This document shows positions 56,320-63,484 of a DNA stretch of 63,484 nucleotides, piece by piece; position 1 is the first letter of the stretch, and each line of letters opens with the position of its first letter. The position numbers and the translations under genes were made by a program. The notes beneath the pieces were generated by a model. It was given only the letters and a program-made list of their open reading frames with translations, searched no databases and was not told the DNA's origin. The DNA is from an uncultured Gammaproteobacteria bacterium (GTDB lineage: Bacteria > Pseudomonadota > Gammaproteobacteria > DATFLG01): assembly GCA_964571225.1 (NCBI GenBank), contig CAZNBB010000005.1, forward strand, positions 1-63,484, given 5' to 3'.

Positions 56320-57516
56320 ATGTCAGTGAGAAGCCGAAAATGGTTCACTCGCGGGCTGTTGGGGGCCATCCTGCCGCTCGCCGCAGGAGATGCGCTGGCC
56401 GACTACGCGCTCAACATGCCGCAAGGCGTGACACCCATCAGCCACGACATCTATCACCTCCACATGATGATCCTGTGGATCTGCGTGGCCATCGGTGTGG
56501 TGGTGTTCGGTGCGATGATCTACTCGATCATCTACCATCGAAAGTCCAAGGGCGCGGTGGCGGCCCAGTTCCATGAGAGCACCGCCATCGAGATAGTCTG
56601 GACGATCGTACCCTTCGTTATCCTGATTGCCATGGCGATTCCCGCAACCCGCACCCTGGTGGCGATGGAGGATGTCAGTAATGCAGACATGACCATCAAG
56701 ATCACCGGCTACCAGTGGAAGTGGCGCTATGACTACCTGAACAGCGGCATCGGCTTCTTCAGTACGCTTGCCACGCCCAAGTCTGAGATCTACAACGAGA
56801 AGGCGAAGGACGCCAACTATCTTCTTGAGGTCGACCACCCTCTCGTCGTGCCGATCAACAAGAAGATCCGCATGTTGACCACGGCCGGGGACGTTATCCA
56901 CTCCTGGTGGGTGCCTGCCCTCGGCGCCAAGAAGGACGCCATTCCGGGCTACATCAACGAGTTCTGGATCAAGGTGGAGAAGCCGGGCGTCTACCGCGGC
57001 CAGTGCGCCGAACTTTGCGGTAAGGACCACGGCTTCATGCCCATCGTGGTCGTAGCCAAGACGGAAAAGGACTACGAACAGTGGGTGGCCCAGCAAAAGG
57101 CCGAAGAAAACGCCGCCAAAGCCTCCAATCATCGTACCTGGACCAAGGATGAACTGATCGCCAACGGGAAGAAGGTGTTCGGTGCCAACTGCGCCGCCTG
57201 CCACCAGGCCAGTGGCGAGGGCATGGCCGGAACCTTCCCTCCTCTGATCCAGGGCAAGACCTTCAGTGGCTCGGCGGACATGCAGCAACACCTGCGCGAA
57301 CGCGGCTTCCTGTCGGCCGACAACAAGATCGTTATGGGCCCCGTGAAGCACCATCTGGATATCGTGCTGCACGGCATACCGGGAACGGCCATGCAGGCAT
57401 TCGCCTCGCAGTTGAGCGACGCCGACGTCGCGTCGGTGATCACCTACGAGCGCAATTCCTGGGGTAACAATACCGGCGACGTCATTCAGCCTGTCGACGT
57501 CAAAGCGGCCCGCTAA
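56320..57516 (+). CDS. coxB: Cytochrome c oxidase subunit II with a fused C-terminal cytochrome c domain
   Basis: CuA site HSWWVPALG...[12 protein letters not shown], and a heme c motif CAACH near the C-terminus. Confidence 0.95.
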   Translation: MSVRSRKWFTRGLLGAILPLAAGDALADYALNMPQGVTPISHDIYHLHMMILWICVAIGVVVFGAMIYSIIYHRKSKGAVAAQFHESTAIEIVWTIVPFVILIAMAIPATRTLVAMEDVSNADMTIKITGYQWKWRYDYLNSGIGFFSTLATPKSEIYNEKAKDANYLLEVDHPLVVPINKKIRMLTTAGDVIHSWWVPALGAKKDAIPGYINEFWIKVEKPGVYRGQCAELCGKDHGFMPIVVVAKTEKDYEQWVAQQKAEENAAKASNHRTWTKDELIANGKKVFGANCAACHQASGEGMAGTFPPLIQGKTFSGSADMQQHLRERGFLSADNKIVMGPVKHHLDIVLHGIPGTAMQAFASQLSDADVASVITYERNSWGNNTGDVIQPVDVKAAR

Positions 57517-57542
57517 GCGAATCGGATCCTGGAGGAAACCTC

Positions 57543-59120
57543 ATGAGCACTGCTGCGACTGCCCACGAAGCGCACCACGAGGAGCACCCCCGCGGTCTCG
57601 CTCGGTGGCTGTTCACCACCAATCACAAGGACATCGGCACCCTGTACCTGGTGTTCTCGCTGACCATGTTCTTCATCGGCGGCATCATGGCGCTGGTGAT
57701 ACGAACCGAATTGTTCAAGCCGGGGCTGCAGATCGTCGATCCGGCGTTTTTCAATTCCATGACTACCATGCATGCGTTGATCATGATCTTCGGTGCTGTC
57801 ATGCCGGGTTTTGTGGGTCTGGCCAACTGGCAGATTCCCATGATGGTCGGAGCGCCCGATATGGCTCTGCCGCGCATGAACAACTGGAGCTTCTGGATCC
57901 TGCCTTTCGCCTTCGCCATGCTCCTCTCAACCCTGTTCATGCCCGGCGGGGCGCCGGCCGGCGGCTGGACCATGTACCCACCGCTGATCCTGCAGACCGG
58001 CATGGCGTTTCCATTCCTGATCTTCTCGATCCATCTAATGGGCATCTCGTCGGTGATGGGCGCCATCAACATCATCGTCACAGTGCTCAATATGCGCGCA
58101 CCCGGCATGACGCTGATGAAGATGCCCCTGTTCGTGTGGACCTGGCTGATCACCGCCTATCTGCTGATTGCCGTGATGCCCGTGCTGGCCGGGGCGGTCA
58201 CCATGCTGCTCACCGATAAGTTCTTCGGTACATCGTTCTTCAACCCGGCGGGCGGCGGCGACCCCGTGATGTTCCAGCACATCTTCTGGTTCTTCGGGCA
58301 TCCGGAAGTCTACATCATGATCCTGCCGGCGTTCGGGATCGTGTCCCAGATCATCCCCACCTTCGCCCGCAAGCCGCTGTTCGGCTACAGCTCAATGGTG
58401 TACGCCACCGCCAGTATCGCGTTTCTGTCGTTCATCGTATGGGCCCACCACATGTTCACCGTGGGCCTGCCGCTGGGTGCAGAGCTGTTCTTCATGTACT
58501 CCACCATGCTCATTGCGGTTCCCACCGGCGTGAAGGTCTTCAACTGGGTTTCGACCATGTGGCGAGGCTCCATGACTTTCGAGACGCCCATGCTCTTCGC
58601 CATCGCGTTCGTGTTCCTGTTCACCATCGGCGGCTTTTCGGGGTTGATGCTGGCGATTACCCCGGCCGACTTCCAGTATCAGGACACCTATTTCGTGGTG
58701 GCCCATTTCCACTACGTGCTGGTGACCGGTGCCGTGTTCGCCATCATGGGGGGCGTGTACTACTGGCTGCCCAAGTGGACCGGGCACATGTACAACGAGG
58801 CCCTCGGCAAACTGCATTTCTGGTCGTCCACCATCTTCGTGAACGTGTTGTTCTTCCCCATGCATTTCCTCGGCCTGGCCGGTATGCCGCGAAGGATTCC
58901 GGACTACAACATCCAGTTCGCGGGATGGAACGAGGTGGCCACCATCGGCGCCTTCGGGTTCGGGCTTACGCAGCTGCTGTTCGTATACATCGTGGTCAAG
59001 ACGGTCCGCGGCGGCGAGCGCGCCACGGATCGCGTGTGGGAAGGTGCTGACGGGCTGGAATGGACGTTGAGCTCGCCGCCTCCCTATCACAGCTTCGAGA
59101 CCGCCCCTGAAGTCAAGTGA
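57543..59120 (+). CDS. ctaD: Cytochrome c oxidase subunit I (aa3 type)
   Basis: 525 aa: ...[15 protein letters not shown]...[10 protein letters not shown]...HHMF... Confidence 0.96.
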   Translation: MSTAATAHEAHHEEHPRGLARWLFTTNHKDIGTLYLVFSLTMFFIGGIMALVIRTELFKPGLQIVDPAFFNSMTTMHALIMIFGAVMPGFVGLANWQIPMMVGAPDMALPRMNNWSFWILPFAFAMLLSTLFMPGGAPAGGWTMYPPLILQTGMAFPFLIFSIHLMGISSVMGAINIIVTVLNMRAPGMTLMKMPLFVWTWLITAYLLIAVMPVLAGAVTMLLTDKFFGTSFFNPAGGGDPVMFQHIFWFFGHPEVYIMILPAFGIVSQIIPTFARKPLFGYSSMVYATASIAFLSFIVWAHHMFTVGLPLGAELFFMYSTMLIAVPTGVKVFNWVSTMWRGSMTFETPMLFAIAFVFLFTIGGFSGLMLAITPADFQYQDTYFVVAHFHYVLVTGAVFAIMGGVYYWLPKWTGHMYNEALGKLHFWSSTIFVNVLFFPMHFLGLAGMPRRIPDYNIQFAGWNEVATIGAFGFGLTQLLFVYIVVKTVRGGERATDRVWEGADGLEWTLSSPPPYHSFETAPEVK

Positions 59121-59168
59121 ACCCGCGGCCCGTGCCGCCGCGGCGGCACGGGCCCGGAAGAAGGTGAC

Positions 59169-59294
59169 ATGACGATGACGGACGATCAGACCAGCCGAAA
59201 CCGCGCAAACGTACGCCTTGCCCTGTTGCTTGCGGCAATCTCGCTGGGCTTTCTGGTGTTGTTCGTGGTGATGAATATGGGCGCCAGTAAATGA
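59169..59294 (+). CDS. Possible 41-aa single-TM peptide between the subunit I and III genes
   Basis: My own translation is MTMTDDQTSRNRANVRLALLLAAISLGFLVLFVVMNMGASK. GAAGAAGGTGA precedes the ATG. It is below the 60-aa cutoff of the ORF track. Confidence 0.4.
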   Translation: MTMTDDQTSRNRANVRLALLLAAISLGFLVLFVVMNMGASK

Positions 59295-59368
59295 CCGCGG
59301 GTCGCGGCGCCGTTGTCGCGCGCACTTGAGAACAATAACCCTATTACACAGCTAGTGAGGATGGGAGC

Positions 59369-60235
59369 ATGAGCGAAGCACACGGTGGATATTATGTCCC
59401 TCACGGCAGCCGCTGGCCCATCGTGGGGTCCATCGGGCTGACCACTCTGTTGATCGGATTCGCCCTGCTGCTGGAAGGCAGAAACCTCGGTCACGAAATG
59501 ATGATTGTCGGCGCAATCATCGTCGCGTTCATGATGTTCGGCTGGTTCGGCACGGTCATCGGAGAAAGCGAATCCGGGAAGTACAACAACCAGGTGGACC
59601 GTTCATTCCGTTACGGCATGAGCTGGTTTATCTTCTCGGAGGTCATGTTCTTCGCCGCTTTCTTCGGCGCGCTTTTTTACGCCCGCATGTTTTCGGTGCC
59701 CTGGCTCGGCGGCGAAGGGGCCAAGGGTGCGGCCCATGAATTTCTCTGGCAGCAGTTCGCGCCGGCCTGGCCCACCAACGGTCCGGAAGCGCTGGGCGGC
59801 GAGTTCAAGATCATGGATACCTGGGGTATCCCCGCGCTGAATACCCTGATCCTGCTGTCCAGTGCGGTCACGGTCACCTGGGCCCATTGGGGCCTGAAGA
59901 AGAACAACCGCATGCAGCTCATTATCGGGCTGCTGGTGACGGTGCTGCTGGGCTTTACCTTCCTCGGGATGCAGGCCCACGAATACATGGAGGCCTACAC
60001 CCACTTCAATCTGACGCTTCACAGCGGCATCTACGGCACCACCTTCTTTATGCTGACCGGTTTCCATGGTGCTCACGTGACCATCGGAGCCATCATGCTG
60101 ACTGTGATGCTGGTGCGCGCGTTGAAGGGGCACTTTACGCCCGATCACCATTTCGCGTTCGAAGCGGCGGCATGGTACTGGCATTTCGTCGACGTCGTGT
60201 GGCTGGGCCTGTTCATTTTCGTCTACTGGCTGTAG
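59369..60235 (+). CDS. ctaE: Cytochrome c oxidase subunit III
   Basis: 288 aa: ...FFMLTGFHGAHVTIG...AAWYWHFVDVVWLGLF... Confidence 0.95.
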   Translation: MSEAHGGYYVPHGSRWPIVGSIGLTTLLIGFALLLEGRNLGHEMMIVGAIIVAFMMFGWFGTVIGESESGKYNNQVDRSFRYGMSWFIFSEVMFFAAFFGALFYARMFSVPWLGGEGAKGAAHEFLWQQFAPAWPTNGPEALGGEFKIMDTWGIPALNTLILLSSAVTVTWAHWGLKKNNRMQLIIGLLVTVLLGFTFLGMQAHEYMEAYTHFNLTLHSGIYGTTFFMLTGFHGAHVTIGAIMLTVMLVRALKGHFTPDHHFAFEAAAWYWHFVDVVWLGLFIFVYWL

Positions 60236-60243
60236 CGGATACG

Positions 60244-60266
60244 GCGGGCGGCCGTGGGCCGCCCGC
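60244..60266. terminator. Perfect 10-bp GC stem with a 3-nt loop between the convergent ctaE and DUF2909 genes
   Basis: GCGGGCGGCC 60244-60253 / GGCCGCCCGC 60257-60266; there is no clear U-tract on either side. Confidence 0.4.
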
Positions 60267-60297
60267 GACGCAGGCTACCGGTTGAGTAGAGATGGTG

Positions 60298-60561
60298 TCA
60301 GTGGGAAGACGGGGCGGAGTCGGAATGCTGGGATGCGGCGGAAGAATTCGGGTAGACGCCGTGGGGATGAATGTAGCCGGTGGCGTATCCCAGGATGAGC
60401 AGCACGAACAGCAGCAGCGACAGGCCGATGCGCACCGTCAGCGCGCGCGCGGTGCGCTCGCTTTGACCCTTGTCCTTGATGAGAAACAGCAATCCGCTGC
60501 CCAGGCTGCCGACGATAATCAACAGCAAAGCGACGACGACGAGCTTGGCGAGCAATGGCAT
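60298..60561 (-). CDS. Twin-transmembrane-helix small protein (DUF2909-like)
   Basis: MPLLAKLVVVALLLIIVGSLGSGLLFLIKDKG...ALTVRIGLSLLLFVLLILG; typically associated with cox clusters. Confidence 0.75.
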   Translation of the reverse strand: MPLLAKLVVVALLLIIVGSLGSGLLFLIKDKGQSERTARALTVRIGLSLLLFVLLILGYATGYIHPHGVYPNSSAASQHSDSAPSSH

Positions 60562-60598
60562 GGGGCCCTCCGGGGTTTAGTCGGAGTATAACTGAGGG

Positions 60599-61399
60599 GT
60601 GTTGGGCTTGCGAGGCGAAGTCGGCGAACGTTACCACCGGTCGGCTACGGCGGTGGGCGGATTCCAGTTTCGCCCCTCGTTCTGGCCCACAGTGGTGACG
60701 GTGTGCCTGTTGGCTCTGTTGATCAGCCTCGGGCTCTGGCAGATCAGTCGCGGGCACCAGAAGCAGGCCATGCTGCACGACTATGCCGAACGCACGAAAG
60801 CCCGCCCTGTGGTGCTGGAGACCGCTCTTTCCTCCGCCAACCAGCTCCGGCAACTTCGCTACCGCCCTGTGGTCGTGAGCGGACAGTACGATTCAGATCA
60901 CCAATTCCTGCTGGACAATCGAATCCACCGGGGGCGCGTGGGTTATCAGGTGTTCACGCCGCTGCGTCTTGCCGGGACCGACCGGGGAGTGCTGGTTGAG
61001 CGGGGATGGGTGCCATTGGGGGCGAGCCGCTCCCAATTGCCCGTGCTGACGGTTCCGGCAACGAGCCGCCGGATCCAGGGTCTGGTAGACCTGCCGCCGC
61101 AGATCTATACGCTTGGTGACCAGACTGATACCGCTGCGGGGTGGCCGAAGGTGCTGCAGAAGATCCAGTTGAAACTGCAGGCCAAGCAACTCGGCTATCA
61201 GCTGTTGCCGGTGGTGGTTCTTCTCGATGCCGAGCAGCCAGACGGCTTTGCGCGGGATTGGCACCCGCTGCACGGTTTCGGTCCCGAGCGAAATTTCGGC
61301 TACGCATTCCAGTGGTTCATGTTGGCCGGAGTGCTTCTTTTCATTTACGTCAAAGTCAACATGCGGCGCGAAGGTGGCGGGAATGACTCAAATGGTTAG
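60599..61399 (+). CDS. SURF1 family cytochrome oxidase assembly protein
   Basis: ...FRPSFWPTVVTVCLLALLISLGLWQISRGHQK...GYQVFTPL...ERGWVP...YAFQWF...; GTG start assumed. Confidence 0.85.
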   Translation: MLGLRGEVGERYHRSATAVGGFQFRPSFWPTVVTVCLLALLISLGLWQISRGHQKQAMLHDYAERTKARPVVLETALSSANQLRQLRYRPVVVSGQYDSDHQFLLDNRIHRGRVGYQVFTPLRLAGTDRGVLVERGWVPLGASRSQLPVLTVPATSRRIQGLVDLPPQIYTLGDQTDTAAGWPKVLQKIQLKLQAKQLGYQLLPVVVLLDAEQPDGFARDWHPLHGFGPERNFGYAFQWFMLAGVLLFIYVKVNMRREGGGNDSNG

Positions 61400-62027
61400 C
61401 ACGTTCAATCCTCTTCGTCGTCTGTCGCCGGTGAGTCGGCAGCGGTTCACACTGATCGCTATCGCCCTGATATTCGTGGCGCCGATGGCAATCGCCTGGT
61501 TGTTGCTGGCCCGCCCGGACTGGCGCCCCGCCTACACGGTCAACCACGGAACGCTGGTGCAGCCGCCGCGGCCACTTACGGATCTGGCACTGTACGGCAC
61601 CGACGGCCGGGCCTTGGGAACCCACTACCTGCAGGGCAAATGGACCTTGGTCTACATCGGGTCTGCCCGGTGCTCGCAGGTGTGCCAACGCCAGCTCTAC
61701 AACACGAGACAGGTTCGCCTTGCCCAGGGTAAGAACATCGGGCGCGTGCAGCGGCTCATGGTGCTGACCGATGCCGCGGGGTCGTCCGATTTGCAGGCTA
61801 TTCGGGCCAAGCAGCCCGACCTGACCGTCGCTATGCCGAGCGCGGCGGACCGCGCCGCCTTTATTAATCGGTTCGCAGTTGCCGGTGATCTTGATGCAGG
61901 CAGCGCGGGTCGAGTGTACGTTATCGACCCGTTGGGCAATCTGATGATGAGCTACGGGGCGCATGCCGATCCCTCGGGCATGCTCAAGGACCTGGAGCGT
62001 CTGCTCAAGGTTTCCTACGTCGGTTGA
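61383..62027 (+). CDS. SCO1/SenC-like thioredoxin-fold membrane-anchored protein (CxxxC)
   Basis: N-terminal TM segment, ...[17 protein letters not shown]... CxxxC motif. ATG 61383 overlaps the SURF1 end by 17 nt. Confidence 0.6.
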   Translation: MTQMVSTFNPLRRLSPVSRQRFTLIAIALIFVAPMAIAWLLLARPDWRPAYTVNHGTLVQPPRPLTDLALYGTDGRALGTHYLQGKWTLVYIGSARCSQVCQRQLYNTRQVRLAQGKNIGRVQRLMVLTDAAGSSDLQAIRAKQPDLTVAMPSAADRAAFINRFAVAGDLDAGSAGRVYVIDPLGNLMMSYGAHADPSGMLKDLERLLKVSYVG

Positions 62028-62109
62028 CGTGCAGGGTGCGGGAACGAACCGAATCAGGCGCCGGATCCTCGCTGCAGGAACGGCGCAGCGGATGGGGGGA
62101 GGACAGACA

Positions 62110-63018
62110 ATGAATGCGCTCGTGCAGGGTGCGGTGGTTCACTGGCGCGACTATCTCGATCTGTGCAAACCCCGGGTGGTCGCCCTGATCATGTTCACTG
62201 CCATCGTGGGGATGTTTCTCGCGGTTCCCGGGACAGTGCCCATGCAGGCATTCGTGTTCGGTACCCTCGGCATCGGCATGGCGGCAGGTTCCGCGGCGGC
62301 CATCAACCAACTGGTGGACCGACAGGTCGATGCGGGCATGGGCCGCACCCGCAACCGGCCCCTGCCCAGCGGCCACCTCCACGCTCAAAACTGCCTTTGG
62401 TTCGCCATCGCGGTCGGCGTGGCTGGGCTCGCCATGCTCGCTGTACTGGTCAACCCCCTCACGGCGTGGCTCACATTCGGTTCCCTGATCGGCTATGCCG
62501 TCATCTACACCGTGTTTCTCAAGCGTGCCACACCCCAGAACATTGTCATTGGGGGCGCTTCCGGGGCCGCTCCGCCGGTACTCGGCTGGACGGCAGTCAC
62601 CGGAACCGTCGACCCCCATGCCCTGCTGCTGTTCCTGATTATCTTCGCCTGGACGCCGCCGCATTTCTGGGCGTTGGCCATCCACCGGCGCCAGGAATAC
62701 GCCAAGGTCGACATCCCCATGTTGCCGGTAACCCACGGCGTCGAATATACCCGGTTACAGATTCTGCTCTACACGGCGCTGCTGTTTGCGATCAGCGTGC
62801 TGCCATTCGTTACAGGCATGAGCGGGCTGCTGTACCTGGCTGGCGCCCTGGTGCTCGGCGGCGGCTTCCTGCGCTATGCCATTCTGCTCATGGTTCGCCG
62901 GGACGACGAGCGGTTGCCCATGCAGACATTCGGTTACTCGATCGTATACCTGATGGCGTTGTTCGCGTTCCTGCTGGTGGATCATTACGTGCCGTTGATG
63001 CTTTCCCTGCTTCGCTGA
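62110..63018 (+). CDS. ctaB: Protoheme IX farnesyltransferase (heme O synthase)
   Basis: ...[17 protein letters not shown]...[23 protein letters not shown]...; start at ATG 62110. Confidence 0.93.
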   Translation: MNALVQGAVVHWRDYLDLCKPRVVALIMFTAIVGMFLAVPGTVPMQAFVFGTLGIGMAAGSAAAINQLVDRQVDAGMGRTRNRPLPSGHLHAQNCLWFAIAVGVAGLAMLAVLVNPLTAWLTFGSLIGYAVIYTVFLKRATPQNIVIGGASGAAPPVLGWTAVTGTVDPHALLLFLIIFAWTPPHFWALAIHRRQEYAKVDIPMLPVTHGVEYTRLQILLYTALLFAISVLPFVTGMSGLLYLAGALVLGGGFLRYAILLMVRRDDERLPMQTFGYSIVYLMALFAFLLVDHYVPLMLSLLR

Positions 63019-63176
63019 GTCGTTCGTCGCCCCACCGGCACCGGACGATAACGCACCAAAACAGGGACTTGGTCCCCCGCCCTTCCCGGTCAATAAACTA
63101 ACTATTTGTTGACATTAGCAATTCCCTCACATTTTGTACCCCTGTCGGGGTATGGATATTCGACCGCGGCGGCGAT

Positions 63177-63237
63177 AAATTCCGGCAAAGCCCGCGCTAG
63201 ATTACGGCAAAGTCGGCGCTAGTTTCCGGCAAAGGCC
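63177..63237. repeat. Tandem direct repeat, about 22 bp x 2.7 (TTCCGGCAAAGNCNGCGCTAG units)
   Basis: AAATTCCGGCAAAGCCCGCGCTAG / ATTACGGCAAAGTCGGCGCTAG / TTTCCGGCAAAGGCC, read directly. Confidence 0.8.
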
Positions 63238-63269
63238 ATGGGAGTCAGTGTTGCGCGGGGACCGGCGCC

Positions 63270-63312
63270 AATTTAGAATGCCTTGATTTCAATTTTAGAA
63301 TGTCTTGATATT
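63270..63312. repeat. Tandem direct repeat, about 22 bp x 2 (AATTTAGAATGYCTTGAT units), 50-95 nt upstream of ccoN
   Basis: CAATTTAGAATGCCTTGATTTC / AATTTTAGAATGTCTTGATATT, read directly. Confidence 0.8.
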
Positions 63313-63363
63313 TTGTTTTGATAATATTGACCGTTCGGGCTTGAACTTGAGGGGAGGCAAGGC

Positions 63364-63484
63364 ATGGCTCAGGCTTCAACCGCCGTACCAGAGCAATACA
63401 ACTACGACATAGTGCGCAAGTTCGCCGTCATGGCGTTGTTCTGGGCTATTGTCGGCATGAGCGTCGGTGTCTGGCTGGCCCTGG
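63364..63484 (+). CDS. ccoN: cbb3-type cytochrome c oxidase subunit I, 5' fragment (runs off the window)
   Basis: MAQASTAVPEQYNYDIVRKFAVMALFWAIVGMSVGVWLAL is a typical CcoN N-terminus; SD GAGGGGAGG. Confidence 0.8.
   Translation, partial: MAQASTAVPEQYNYDIVRKFAVMALFWAIVGMSVGVWLAL

Noticed and set aside
63283-63331. TTGAT half-sites upstream of ccoN, considered as an FNR/ANR box
   Set aside because: No partner ATCAA lies at N4 spacing for any of them. They are reported only as part of the direct-repeat observation.

Overview
High-GC (roughly 63-66% by eye) gammaproteobacterial chromosome segment made up almost entirely of core housekeeping genes. The order resembles the Pseudomonas-type arrangement pilMNOPQ-aroKB-(AAA/SPOR)-gltBD-hemE and rph-yicC-gmk-rpoZ-spoT-ridA-recG. 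Left to right: pntAA-pntAB-pntB transhydrogenase (-), an HNH endonuclease, fnr/anr, fructosamine kinase, a Nudix hydrolase, hemE, gltBD, an ExeA-like AAA+/SPOR protein with a small WGR protein, a dGTPase-like gene, aroB, aroK, pilQPONM (-), ponA (+), citrate synthase, malic enzyme, a thermonuclease-like gene, rpmE, rimO, rof, hemW, a Sel1 protein, DUF599, rdgB, rph, a PP2C phosphatase/Hanks kinase pair, yicC, gmk, rpoZ, spoT, ridA, recG, ubiCA, comF, bioBFHCD, an aa3-type cytochrome oxidase cluster (coxB-coxA-coxC, DUF2909, SURF1, an SCO-like gene, ctaB) and the 5' end of ccoN. I saw no rRNA, tRNA, CRISPR array, prophage or transposase gene, and I see no clear multi-gene novel system such as a defence island. 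The points worth a second look are small. They are a 265-bp MITE inserted into a stop codon, a decayed gltB 5' fragment in the gltBD leader, a DARS-like triplet of DnaA boxes, a BirA operator in front of an uncharacterised membrane protein that leads the bio operon, and a WGR protein translationally coupled to the AAA+/SPOR gene. The others are a REP-like repeat family plus a C15 tract, two 22-bp tandem repeat arrays upstream of ccoN, and an oxidase cluster lacking ctaG and ctaA. All calls come from reading the translations and DNA by eye, with no database search, so start codons are approximate.
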